A stretch of 63,889 bases of DNA, counting the filler, from Bilabrum cf. latius (taxonomy: Eukaryota), in NCBI GenBank assembly GCA_965178125.1. It is 3 parts of 3 records of this genome, joined end to end, with 100 filler letters (N's around TTAATTAATTAA, not from the genome) between each part and the next. Parts side by side here need not be neighbours in the genome. Positions count along the whole stretch, not along the records: positions 1 to 24,328 come from CBCXTV010000041.1; positions 24,429 to 48,578 come from CBCXTV010000042.1; 1 more part is not named here. One strand, 5' to 3'. A program made the position numbers and the translations under genes. Under the pieces are notes generated by a model. The model searched no databases and had not been told where the DNA came from. It saw only the letters and a list, made by a program, of their open reading frames with translations. Shown here in pieces: positions 12,990 through 24,834 of this stretch; the stretch's first letter is position 1, and the number at the start of each line of letters is the position of its first letter.

Positions 12990-13612
12990 AGTGTTTAGTT
13001 TGTGTACAGGTTGTATTCAGTTTGCGCTCATGTTATGTACACTTTATGTTCATTTAGTGTTCACTTTATGTTCACTTTGTGTGCACTTTGCGCTTTTGTG
13101 TGCATGTCGTGTGCATTTCGTGTTCACGTTGTGTTTGCTTTGTGTTCAGTTTGTGTTCAATTTATGCTCAGTTTGTGTTCACATTGTTTTCAGTTTATGT
13201 TCAGTTTGTGTTCAGTTTGTGTTCAGTTTATGTTCAGTTTGTGTTCAGTTTGTGTTCAGTTTGTGTTCAGTTTGTGTTCAGTTTGTGTTCAGTTTGTGTT
13301 CAGTTTGTGTTCAGTTTGTGTTCGGTTTGTGTTCAGTTTGTGTTCAGTTTGTGTTCAGTTTGTGTTCAGTTTGTGTTCAGTTTGTGTTCAGTTTGTGTTC
13401 AGTTTGTGTTCAGTTCGTGTTCAGTTTGTGTTCAGTTTATGTTCAGTTTATGTTCAGTTAATGTTCAGTTTATGTTCAGTTTGTGTTCAGTTTGTGTTCA
13501 CTTTGTGTACACTTCGTGTACACTTTGTGTGCAATTTGTGTGCACTTTGTATTCAGTTTGTGCGCACTTCGTGTACACTTTATGTTCAGTGTGCGTTCAG
13601 TTTGTGTTCAAT
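12990..13612 (-). repeat. (TTCAGTTTGTG)n 11-bp minisatellite, reverse orientation
   Basis: Near-perfect core at 13140-13500. Confidence 0.97.
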
Positions 13613-13857
13613 TTGCATCCAGAAAGTGGGTTTGTCTGGCGGGCATTGCCCCATATGCGAGATAACCCCAAGATGTTGCTTAAGGCGGGCGTCAAGGGCA
13701 TCAACCGAATATTGGGGGATAGGGTGGTGCGGTTCTTGGAACGCTCTACTTCTTGCCCTAGTCAACTTGGACAAAAAAGGCTCGAGGGAAGATCAATTGT
13801 TGTCTGCAGCGCGCTCAGCCGAGCCACGGCCCACTCGCGTCCCGTCGGTGCTAAGCC

Positions 13858-14829
13858 ATGGAGTTGCCGCCAGCGGCGCGCGAAGCCCGCTTGCAAGCCT
13901 TGTTGAACAACTACTTTTTCCCGCCCGGTACCGAGTGGGAGTTCTCAAGGCGCGTCCGCAGATGCCCAGGCGCAGTTGGACGCGGAGGATTGGTTGAAGC
14001 GGCAGCGGGCGGCAGAGGATGTTGTGCGACCGTACCCCGAATTTGGACGCGGAGGACGCGGAGGAGGCGGATATCGCCTGGATGTATTGTCGCAGGAGCT
14101 TTTCCAGGACGAGGAGTCGGAGTCGGCGTTGGCGGAGGAGGAGGAGGAAACATTGTTGGATGAGTCGCCGATTCTGGAAAGGGTGTCGACGGCGAGGGAG
14201 CGCCAGGAGTCATTGTCGGAGGAAGTTGTCCGAAAGAGGAGACTGTGTTGGCGGTGGAGGAGGCCGAGGATGAGACGACGAGTCTGGAAGAGGAGTCGGC
14301 GGCGAGGGAGTTGTTGCCGCAGAAGCTTTTCCAGGAAGTGGAGTCGGCGCTGCCGGAGGAGGAGAAGGAGGAGGAGAAAGCGGAAACAGTGTCGGATGAG
14401 ACACCGATTCTGGAAGAGGAGCCGGCAGGGGCATATCGCCAGGAGATACTGTCGCAGAAAATCTTCTCGGGCGACGAGTCGGCGGCGGACGACTCCGCCG
14501 AGACGGAGGAGCAGGCGGAGGCGCCGACGGAGTTGGACTCACCTATGACGCCCGAGTCTTCCGTCCCGTCGCAGAAGGGGGAAAGGGAGGTGGAGGGCGG
14601 ACGGAAGCCTTGGGAGTTCGCGCTCTCTCCGTACTCGGAGGCGCCGCCGCCGAAGCGGAGCCGATTCGCGAGCGCGACGTTCGAGGAGGAGCGCCGCGCG
14701 GCGCGCGAGGAGGAGCGCCGAGCGTTGAGGGAAGAGGCGAGCCGCTTGCGGCAGGAGGAAGATGAGAGGAGTCGTTGGTGGGAAGAGGCGGAGCATGACG
14801 ATGAGTGGTTGCGCGCCCTTTATCTTTGA
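13858..14829 (+). CDS. Glu-rich hypothetical protein, frameshifted
   Basis: Frames 13858, 13976 and 14245 give an acidic protein with internal repeats (LSQELFQ/LPQKLFQ/LSQKIFS; DESPILE/DETPILE). Confidence 0.45.
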
Positions 14830-15525
14830 CCGCGGTCGGCGTAGACGATGTTGGTCGGCGCAGCGGGCAGGGGGTTCATCATTCACATTTGCGGCGCTTG
14901 GGGATTGCAGCGGGCAGGTGGTTTCACCATCCGCGATGCGCAAATGTTGATGAAAATGTTGTCTTTGGTTTGCCATCACCTTGCCGCATGATCGCCCGTT
15001 GCATCGGTGTTGCTCTTGGTCGTGGCGGGCGGGGGCGGGGGCGCAATGCTTTGAAGAAGAGCCCCTCTGAAAAAAAGAGCCCGGTGGGCGCAGAGGGTGG
15101 AGTGATTCGGGTAAGAGGCGGGGTGATTCGGGTAGGGCGCTCTGCTGAAAGCCCGGCAGGCGCGGGCGGGCGGAAAGTCAGGGTGACGTTTGCGTTCAGT
15201 TTACCAGAATGGCGCGGGAGGCCCCGGGAATCCGTCGGGCGAGGCCCCGTCCCCATTAGCGCCGGGCCCCAAGTTGTGGCATTTGAACGCCTTGGTGACT
15301 TGTCCGCCCTGTGAGCGCTTTGGACCTCTCAACCGCATTCGGAGCAGACGCTTGAACAGCTTGAGCGGGGCGTTCCTCATGGTGGGCGTTCGACCTCCCG
15401 GGCGATGGAAAACAACCTATCAACAACAGAGGGGCCGATCTTGCTTTTTGCCGCAGTTTTCTTATGTTCAAAACCGACAGCTCAACGCTCTCCAGCAGAT
15501 CCGTGTCCGTTAGGAAGCGCGACGC

Positions 15526-18500
15526 ATGCCCACTTCAACATCTTGCCGCGATTGTGGCCGGCCGAGGGACACTCCGAATCCGTTGAAGTTGAAGAGTGCG
15601 AAGTCGAAGCAGTCGGAATTCTTGGCGTTCGTGTCGGCGAAGGACGCTCGAAACAGAGCAAAGGAATCGTCGCCTGAAAATAAGACCCTTCAAACGCACC
15701 AAACGAAGCGAGCTAACGAAAGGACCACCGGTGTTGCTCGTGCAGAAATTATATTGCTGCGATGGGCTTCACGAGGGATGAGGCGCAGAAGCACTTGCAG
15801 GAGGTCCGCAGCAGCCCCGAGAAGCAGGAAGCGCACCGGCGCGCGGTCGAAGAGTACGAGCAGGAGGTGAACGGGTCCCCGATGGGAAGGTTTCCAAAGC
15901 GCGGCGCCAAACGGGCGCGCGAGGTGGATCTGGACCAGGGCGTCGAGGTGCGGGCGGTCGAGATGTTGGGTGTGTTTTGGCCGGTGTGGTTGTTGGACAA
16001 CAGGAAGGTGCAGTACAAGCAGCGCGACCTCATCGAATACAGGGCGCAGAAGGGGACCATCCGCGAGGACACTTTCGGAAACCCCATCGGCAGTGTCAGG
16101 ATGGAGAAAATCGCCAGCGACCGGATTTCGAAGCGGCAGTGCCTAGCAGACGACAACTCGGCCCTTCGGGAGGCCCAGGTGGACGATGTGTACAAGCATG
16201 CCTACCAACGTCTTGACGCAGTGTCCGCCAAGCGCAAGAGGGAGGTCGACGAGGAGGGCCAGGAGATCGGTTGCCCAATTGCGGTTCCCAAGCCATTGTC
16301 CACCAACAGCGAGTCGGACACGGACGACTTCTTGGCCCCCTTGAGAGTGCCCGGGCAGTTGAAGATCGGGAAGCAGAAGGCACAGAAACAGAGCAAACCA
16401 TCGCTTGGCGACGAGGGGTCGATGGAGCCCCCGAAGGGCCACAAGATTTCCTGCAAGAAACGAGAGAAGCAATCCGCGGAGATCAATGAGATGAAGAAGC
16501 TGCAGGAGGACGCCGACCGCTTGTTGCACATGGCCCAAAGCGACGAGCAGTTCGTGAAGTTGAAGCCAAGCATGTTGCAAACCCTGGCGAAGCGATTCGA
16601 AAAGCGCTTGTCCGCCAATGTGGTCGAGTTATGTATCACCCCGTCCTTCGCCGAGCAGGACCCGAAGGAAACTGGAGCAGAATCGCAACTTGATCGCGGA
16701 GCTCAGGACCATGCACTCCAAAACATCAGCTTTGCGCTCATTGGTCCAAGCCCTCAACGACGCTAAGGACTCGTGGCATGCCGACGCGGCCGTGGCTCTC
16801 ACCGATGCCTACCAGTCCGCCGGAGACTTGCACCTCGCTTTGCCGAAGTACCCGGCGCAGAGGTTGCTGCATTGCCGTGCGATGGGCTATGCGGAGCGCA
16901 GCGCATGGAGGGAGTGTGTGACGTGCATGTCAGCCCTTGAAGGTGGTGACAACAAAGCAAGAGAAAGCACCGACGCAAGAAACACAAAGCAACATGAACA
17001 AGTGAACGCCACAAAGAAGGTGCGTCTGCATTGGCGTGCGTCCCCAAGGCGCAGAGGCCGGCGGCGCAAGCGGCCGCTTTTGCCGATACCGTCCGGGCCT
17101 TCATGTTGAAGGGCGAGACGAGGTGCCACGAGCAGTGTGCCAGTTTCATCTTGGAGTTCTCGCCGGAAGCTATCTTGGATGAGGGCTTGCGGAGCGAGCG
17201 CGATTCGTTGGCGGTCGTTGCGAAGGTCTTCGGCAACCATCTGAATCGGCCGCCGTACCTGAGGTTGATACGGCGATCGGGAAGATTGCCAGGTCGGAGA
17301 GGTTCGGCAGGGATTGGCAGATCTTGCCGGGCTTTAACGCTTGGTCCGTTTGCGCCAACTCCTTCAGCAAGAAGTTCGAGGCCGAGCGCACTTTGCGGAT
17401 CGGGTTGCAGAAACTCGTCGACAACCCGCCATCGGTGCTAACAGTCACCCCCGAGCAGCCGCGAAAGGAGGTCGTCGATGCTGTCAAGGCGTTCCAGCTC
17501 TATGGCGACACTTTCGCAGGGTTCCAGTGCCGGCTCAAACTCATCGAGGGCGTCCACCCAGAGATCGCCGCGATGTGCGAGCTGGTAGTGGTAAGCGGCA
17601 AGGTTTCGGCTTTCAAGCAGAGCGTCTTTGCCCACCTCGCCGGTGCGTTCTGGAAGGAGACGCTGGCGTTCTTGAAACGCATCGACGCTTGGTTGGCCAA
17701 GGAACCTTGTGCGCGAGGTGCTTGCGATCTTGACCCCTTCTCGACGGAAGTGCGTAAACTCCTTGGCCTTGCTGGCCGGGGTGCGGGAGCTCCCCAATCC
17801 CGAGGAGTGCGAGCCTTTCGCCACTTGGTCGGTCGACAGGACGAGCTTCCTGTGGCACTTGAAGAACATCTTGAGTTGGCTCGCGAAGGAGCACCTCGAG
17901 GCGAAGTTGAGCGAGAAGTGTTTCACCGCCTTCGCGCCCATGCTTGACGACTATGTGCAAGGCAAGGTGGGCACCCCATTCGAGGACAACTGTTTCGGGA
18001 ACGAGCAGAGGGCAGCTCTGGCGGCGATCCAAGACCAACTCGTTGCGAGGGCGCAGTCTTGGGCGACGGCCTCGTTGTCAAAGGAGTTGTACACGAAGGC
18101 GAACTCAGGCTACGCCTTCATCTACCCCAACAATCATCACTTCGATCGCGGATGGCAAAGTTCCCAAGGTCGCCGACTATTGCAAGTCTTGCTTCGCGGT
18201 GGAGTGTTGTTTGGACTCAATGGCGGAGGACGTCGAGGTCGGCAAGCAACTCTTGGCCGTTATGCCGTCGTTGTCCAAGCTCTCCCGCAACCTTGTCTTC
18301 GATCGGCACATGGCGGTCAGTTGCATTGTGCCCCAAGTGGCCTCGTGCTTTCGCCGGGCAGCGTTGGCGGAGGCGGGCTTGGCGACGGTCGACCAGCCCG
18401 AGGTGTGTGGCGAGAAGGTGACGGAGTTGGCGATCGTGTTGAGGCAGCTCCCGGCCATCGCAGCGTCGGTCAGAAAGGCGTTCGTGGTTGCCGGCATCCA

Positions 18501-19169
18501 GGAGCGCGAGGGCGCCTTGGACGAATGGGTGCGTCTCCAAGCCGGTGTCATCTCGACTGTCTTGGCCCGAGTGCATCTTAAAGCGGTCGCGATCGCGGAG
18601 GCTGCCGTCGCGACGTTCACGAAGACCTCGGACGATAAGCATGTGCAGGAGACTCAAATACACAGAAACAGAGGAGCGCTCAAAAGGATACGTACAGAAG
18701 CAGGGGTGGCATGCGTGTACCAGCCAAAAAGGAGACTCTCAATATGTTGGAGAATTACCCGGAGGTGGACGGACCGACGTTGTACAGCCGCAGCACCGAG
18801 AAGCCGAGCAAAGACGTCAAGAAGGCTTGTGACTTGTTCCAGAGAAGACGCCAAGGGGAGCTCAGCGTTCACTCCTCCATCACAGCGTTGGGTGCGAAGC
18901 CGATCATGGAGGACGTCCGCTTGGACTTGCAGGCGGTCCAGGCGGCGCATGCCGAGTTCGTGGGCTTATGCTCAAGCGAGGCGGTTGCGGTCGCAGCGGG
19001 TCGTGTCGGTGGGCTTGTTGCCATCCAAGCAGCCTTCAAGCCCTTGAACACCGGCATCGCCCGGGGCGTGATGATTCAGTTGGCGCGCGACAGGATCAGC
19101 GAGTTGGGCGAGGCCGGCGAAGCCAAGATCTCGACGAAGGCCCTCTTGTTGCTCGCCGAGGGATCGTGA
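15526..19169 (+). CDS. Large hypothetical protein (~1100 aa) with an N-terminal CxxC...CxxC motif, three short introns and several single-base frame breaks
   Basis: Introns 15643-15722 (GA-AG), 16943-17019 (GT-AG) and 18649-18731 (GA-AG) each restore frame between adjacent ORFs. Remaining breaks near 16680, 17250-17320, 17740 and 18110 are indels (read error or decay). Confidence 0.6.
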
Positions 19170-20024
19170 CTTGGCTGTTAGAGGCAGATGCGCCGCCTCG
19201 CTCGCCGGTGCCCGCATAGGCAAGGCCGCCTACAGGGCGACAAGAGGCGTGCGCAAGGCCGTGGTCTCTTCGATTGGCCCTTCGGCCCGATGCCCCTTGC
19301 GCCCTACTCGGAAGTTCGGTCCTCCTTCGGCCGTCAAGCCCTTTGGCCCACGACGCACGAGTGCTCCCGGCCCCTTGGCTGCGCCCGGGGCCAACATGGA
19401 CCCAAATTCGACAGGATGCTTGCAGCACCCGGTATGGCTAATTGTTGGTCCCACATGCGATGGTTGCGCCGACAAGTTGGCGCGGCCTCGGGGTCGCATG
19501 CGTGCCGAGCGCATTCCGCGAACAGCCATCGAGTGCGGCGTCGCTTGGGGTTGCGGCGCGACTTCAAAATCGCCTCTCGCTTCGCTTGCCTTCGTCTTTA
19601 ACGGCGGCCATTGCGGGATTGTCCATCAAAGTGCATCGTTATGACGGTTTTTTGCAGACCGGAGCATCACCCATGTCCCGCTAGGAATCGCATAAATAGC
19701 CCTCAGGGACTTGGTGGCACGAAATTTCGCCAGGAAATCCCCCGCGCTCCGAGCGCTCCCCGGGCACCCTCAGAATTCTGGGATCCTCGCCCGGAGAAGG
19801 GTGCGCTCTTGAGTCGGGGGGTGGTCGATGACGCGAAACCGGGGGGGGGTGGGGGGGGGGGGGCAAAACCAATTGAGGGGAATGAGTTGTTCGGGCGGCG
19901 TGCGTTGAATCTCTTGCGAGGTTGGCGAATGGGCGAGCATGGCCGGGCTTCAGCTCGGTCGCGCATCCATGTTGTGGCTTCAGTTGTTTTGCGTGGTCGT
20001 GGCGGGCGGGGGCGGGGAGCGCAA

Positions 20025-20207
20025 GGCTCTGAAGAAGAGCCCGGCGGGTGCAGAGGGCGGGTGATTCCGGTAAGAGGCTCTGAAGAAGAGCCCGGCGGGC
20101 GCAGAGGGCGGGGTGATTCGGATAAGGGGCTCTGAAGAAGAGCCCGGCGGGCGCAGAGGGCGGGATGATTCGAGAGCCCGGCAGGTTTGTGTTCAGAGAA
20201 GAGCCCT
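20025..20207 (+). repeat. ~51-bp tandem repeat containing the GGCTCTGAAGAAGAGCCC hairpin
   Basis: ggctctgaagaagagcccggcgggcgcagagggcggg..gattc occurs three times; related to 15047-15135. Confidence 0.8.
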
Positions 20208-20411
20208 GAGGATGCATTTTCGTGGTCAAGGACGTGCCGCCGTTGCTCCCGGTGGTGGTTCAGGGTGGTTGAGGAGGATGTGCCCAAGGGCTCCAAGATT
20301 CGAGAGCCCGGCAGGTTTGTGCTCAGTTCTCGGCGCTTGGGTGCCCACCATGGCGTCGGAGATGGATGCAAGCAGGCGCCGGCGCGTCGGCGTCGACGTG
20401 TCGTCGTTCGC

Positions 20412-20850
20412 TATGGCATGGTCATCATGCCCGGCGAGGCGCTCGTTGACACAGGGGCGCAGGAAGCAATCATCGGAGAGCGCTACTTGGCCGCGTTGGA
20501 GCGCATGTTGTGGGAGCGCTACCGCTTGTCCGTCGCCCATGACCCCGGCGACCCCCGGTGACGCCGACGCTGAGGCCCCGACCGGCATCGGCAGCGAGGC
20601 GACGCTCGTCGGGCCCGGGCGTGTGCAGGTTCCGGCAGCCCTTGGGCGCGCGATCGGGGTCATCCACTTCAGGGTGGTTGAGGAGGATGTGCCGCCGCTG
20701 CTCCCGGTGTCGCTGTCCCGTGCGCTTCGCACGCAAGGGGGCTTGGACAAACATGGCGATGCGATCTGCGTCTTCCATGCGACCGGCCAGTCCATGAGGG
20801 CGCGCGCCGCCCCTTCGGGCCACTTGGCGATCAGCATGACTGAGTACGCC
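20412..20850 (+). pseudogene. Retropepsin-like aspartic protease fragment (LTR-retrotransposon relic)
   Basis: ALVDTGAQEAIIG catalytic motif (Asp codon 20448), then after a frameshift near 20555 GIG...VVEEDVPPLLPVSL...SGHLAI. No RT or integrase follows. Confidence 0.75.
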
Positions 20851-21115
20851 GACGCCGGTTCAATCCCGCCTGTGAGTGACATGCCGGACATGAAGAACGC
20901 GATTCTCCGTGAGGGCGCGCGCGTTTACCCAACGAAGGTGGCAGGAGATGGCGGATGTCCTTGGACTTGGGCAGTCCTGACGGTGCGGGCTACAAATGCG
21001 CGCGCGATGCTTGTCCATTCCGGTCAGGTCGGTCGTGGGGTTGTGGTTCATAGCCGGGCATGCGGACAGGCTCGCTACAAGTGTGCATGCGGACAGGCTC
21101 GCGATAAAAGGGGGA

Positions 21116-21640
21116 CGGATACATGTAGAAAGGGAGGCGGAATATACGTAGAAAGGGGGGGCGGATATATGTAGAAAGGGGGGCGGATATATGTAGAAAG
21201 GGGGGCGGATAACTGTAGAAAGGGGGGCGGATAGTTGTAGAAAGGGGGGCGGATAACTGTAGAAAGGGGGGCGGATAACTGTAGAAAGGGGGGCGGATAA
21301 CTGTAGAAAGGGGGGCGGATAACTGTAGAAAGGGGGGCGGATAACTGTAGAAAGGGGGGCGGATAACTGTAGAAGGGGGGGGGGGGGGGGCGGATAACTG
21401 TAGAAAGGGGGGGCGGATAACTGTAGAAAGGGGGGCGGATAACTGTAGAAAGGGGGGCGGATAACTGTAGAAAGGGGGGCGGATAACTGTAGAGAGGTGG
21501 GCGGATACATGTAGAAATTGGTTGGGGGGCCGTGTGGAAATCCGTTTTGCGGCCGCGGGGCTAACTGTAGAAACCCGTTTTGGCGGCCGGGGGATAACTG
21601 TAGAAACCCGTTTTGGGGACCGGGGGATAACTGTAGAAAC
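21116..21640 (+). repeat. ~21-bp minisatellite GGATAACTGTAGAAAGGGGGGC
   Basis: About 20 tandem copies that degenerate into longer units at 21520-21640. Confidence 0.95.
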
Positions 21641-21689
21641 TCATTTTTGGGCCTTTTTTCAGCCCAAAAGAGCTTGTATAGAGGTTCCC

Positions 21690-22055
21690 CCCAAACCCCC
21701 AACCCGCAACCCAGGCACGCCCACGACACCCACACCCACACCCAGCGTAGCCGAAACCCACCCCAACCCCTATCCCTGCCCACCCCGCGGCCGCGCCCAC
21801 CTCCTCCTCTCCCCCTCGTTTGCCCACCCCTAGCACCCCAACCCACCACCACCACCACAACCACCACCTCCGAGCATCGACGCCCACCTCTACCATCCCA
21901 CCCGGCCCCGCTCGCCACTTGAACCCCCCCCCCCCCCCCCCCCCCCTCCCCACACCACCCCCACCACCCACCCACCGACCCGTTCACCCACCCAACCACC
22001 CACCCACTACACCCCCCGCCCAGCCGCCCACCCCCCCCCCCCCCCCCCCCCCCCA
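21690..22055 (+). repeat. C-rich low-complexity tract (poly-C, CCA repeats)
   Basis: Direct composition; G-quadruplex-prone on the minus strand. Confidence 0.85.
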
Positions 22056-22573
22056 CGCACACACATGCGCAAGGGTAGCTCTGCTATCGGCCAAGATCTG
22101 CAATCGCGAGCCGCCCCGTTTGGCCACTCGGGTGTGTCGGGCCTAGCCGTCAGGACTTCGGCCTGTAGTGTTCCCGCTCAGGGTCTGGCGCCGCCTCTGC
22201 GCCGGTCGGACCCGCCGGTCGGCACCCCAAATGAAATTCGCCGCCCTCGGACTCACCCCGTCCGACATTTTTACACATGGCGCAGCAAGGTGGGCGCCGG
22301 CTCAACGGCGGACCCCGGGAAACGGCCGGCATGATGGTTCAAACGGAAAAAATGGGCAGACTTCGCCCTTTGGCCAGAGGCGGCAGTACGCCTCATTTTT
22401 GCACATGTTCGGCGGGCCTCGTGCCCGGGCACGCCCGGCATGGTGGTTCAAGCGGGGAAAATTGGGCAATCTTGTTGCCTGCCCGCCCGCCCCGCCCGTC
22501 CGCCCGCCCGCCCGCCCGCCCACCCACCCACCTAGTTCGGTCAATGCGAGATCATGCACTGTAGGAGACAGTC

Positions 22574-24328
22574 CTACTTAAAAACGCCATCGCCCCGCGG
22601 CTGCGCCAAGCAGACATACGCCATCCTGCAAATCAGGGTGGCTTCGAAGTTCGCCTGAGATGCGTTCCGGCACGCCCTTTTACAAGATTTGTTCAAGGAC
22701 TCGTCTAGCCAGTTGCTGTACAAAGAAGCGGAGCCCATGACGGGCAAGCGATGCAAAAGGTGTGCGAGGAGGTGGAGCTTGGGAGTCCTCCCGATGCCGG
22801 CTGCCGTCGTCAGTAGAAGGTACCGTTTGTACGCATCGGCGGCGTCCTTGCGGGCAGATGTTCGCTCCCCCATCGGGGGGTTGGGTGGGCAACCAAGGCG
22901 ACAATCACAGGGCACAGCGGCCAGTGGGCTTCCGGGCTTGGATTTCCCGGCAGCGCCGGCCCAGCTCGGCGCTGCATGCCTCTCCTGGCGCGGAAATTAA
23001 CGAGAAACGCTCCCAGCGCGGATTTGTACGAGAACTGGCCAGCTCTTGGCGCGGATCGCTTGGGCGTTGTCGCCTTGGCCCCGCCCCGGATACCAATGGA
23101 TTTTTTGGGCGCTTGTCCTGAACTTCGGCCGGCGTCGGAATCGACCGCTTCGGCCTCATCGTATCATGGATACGGATCAGCAATTCACCGGCCTCCCGGA
23201 GGTTGGCGGCCCGAGGCGGTAGAGCGTGCTTCGAAAGGGCATCCACGAGGTACAAGAGGAATGACCATGTCTCAGCGCCGGAGAGTTTGAGCGAGGGGTG
23301 TTCGCGGGAGCCGAACATCTTCGTGGTCAAATCGTGCACCCTCGTCAAGGACTCCTCGGGACGCGCCGCTTTCCTTGACCTGTACCACGCCTGGAGGTCT
23401 TGCCGCATGCATGCTACGCTCAACTGCATCGCTTCGTCCGCCGTCGCCGCACTCGCCGCCCACACTCTGTTCTCCAAGAGGAACCACACAACGGCCTTGA
23501 CCCATGCGGCATACACCCCCAGATTCAGCGTGTGCAGTTCGTCGACCGTGACGGTGTCGGGTAGTGTGATTCCGATCGCGGCATCGAACAGCGGACAGCG
23601 GTGGCGGCACACCGATTCTTCAGACGGCCTCCAAAAAGTGACATGCGCTGGAAACTTGCTCACCGACTCAAGCAAAGCGATGTCCGGAAGCGACTCCGAC
23701 GGCTCAACACGATCCCCGAAAACCAGACCCAACTCGGGGAAATCCGCCGAGAGGGCCAGCCCATGGGAACCTTGTTGACGCTTATCGTAGCGGAGTAAAG
23801 CCCAAAGTTGTCCGAGTTGCCTCGCGCTTCGGATGGTGACTTTTCCGCTCACAACGGTCGCAGGCTCGGAGGTAGTCGTCGTGGGTATTGACCGTGTGGG
23901 GAAAAGACACCGGGCTCATGCCGCGAAGGTCGTAGAGCCGATCACGAGAGCAAGAGCAGAAGAGGCAGGGCCGATCAGTCGAGTTCCACGCTGTGAAGCC
24001 AAAACGTCCCTGTGTACTCTGCCCAGTCCCCCTTTGATGTAAAGGAGACAGCAACGGGCAGACAGGGGCGTGGCGCTGCGACCTGCCCTCATCTCCTCGC
24101 CCTCGGCCCAAGGCTGTCCGTCGTGGCGTCGTGTTGGGTTGCTTGCCCTGGGGCCATTGCGGCGAAACTCCACTTGAGCATACGGAAGACGGGATCGAGC
24201 GAACACCAACCCCGACAACCGCATCTGCACAAAGTGCGTTTACGAAGCGCCGCAAGGAAAAGTCTCGTGCCGGTCACCAGGTTGGTGATCCAGACCCCCA
24301 ACACCGAATCGGTGTGGGAGTAAGGAAC
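22574..24328 (-). mobile_element. CACTA/Plavaka-like (CMC-type) DDE transposase, 5'-incomplete, frameshifted, one intron
   Basis: Reassembled motifs in order: LCRCGCRGWCS; YIKGDWAE followed by RPCLFC; TVDELHTLNLGV; PKLHLLAHL..G....NWLDESLNK. GA-AG intron 23117-22847 joins EVQ|DAADAY. Family assigned from remembered motifs, not a search. Confidence 0.65.
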
Positions 24329-24428
24329 NNNNNNNNNNNNNNNNNNNNNNNNNNNNNNNNNNNNNNNNNNNNTTAATTAATTAANNNNNNNNNNNNNNNN
24401 NNNNNNNNNNNNNNNNNNNNNNNNNNNN
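24329..24428. other. Artificial contig spacer
   Basis: N44 + TTAATTAATTAA (stops in six frames) + N44. Confidence 0.99.
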
Positions 24429-24515
24429 CCCTAACCCTAACCCTAACCCTAACCCTAACCCTAACCCTAACCCTAACCCTAACCCTAACCCTAACCCTAA
24501 CCCTAACCCTAACCT

Positions 24516-24558
24516 AAATATTTTTTCCCCGACCCTGTCCCTGACTTTATATTAGATA
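24516..24558 (+). mobile_element. Minimal telomeric insert: conserved terminus only (43 bp)
   Basis: aaatattttttccccgaccctgtccctgactttatattagata between two CCCTAA tracts. Confidence 0.75.
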
Positions 24559-24834
24559 CCCTAACCCTAACCCTAACCCTAACCCTAACCCTAACCCTAA
24601 CCCTAACCCTAACCCTAACCCTAACCCTAACCCTAACCCTAACCCTAACCCTAACCCTAACCCTAACCCTAACCCTAACCCTAACCCTAACCCTAACCCT
24701 AACCCTAACCCTAACCCTAACCCTAACCCTAACCCTAACCCTAACCCTAACCCTAACCCTAACCCTAACCCTAACCCTAACCCTAACCCTAACCCTAACC
24801 CTAACCCTAACCCTAACCCTAACCCCTAACCCTA

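Noticed and set aside
24373-24384. TTAATTAATTAA palindrome (also 48623-48634)
   Set aside because: Synthetic six-frame stop linker, not biological.
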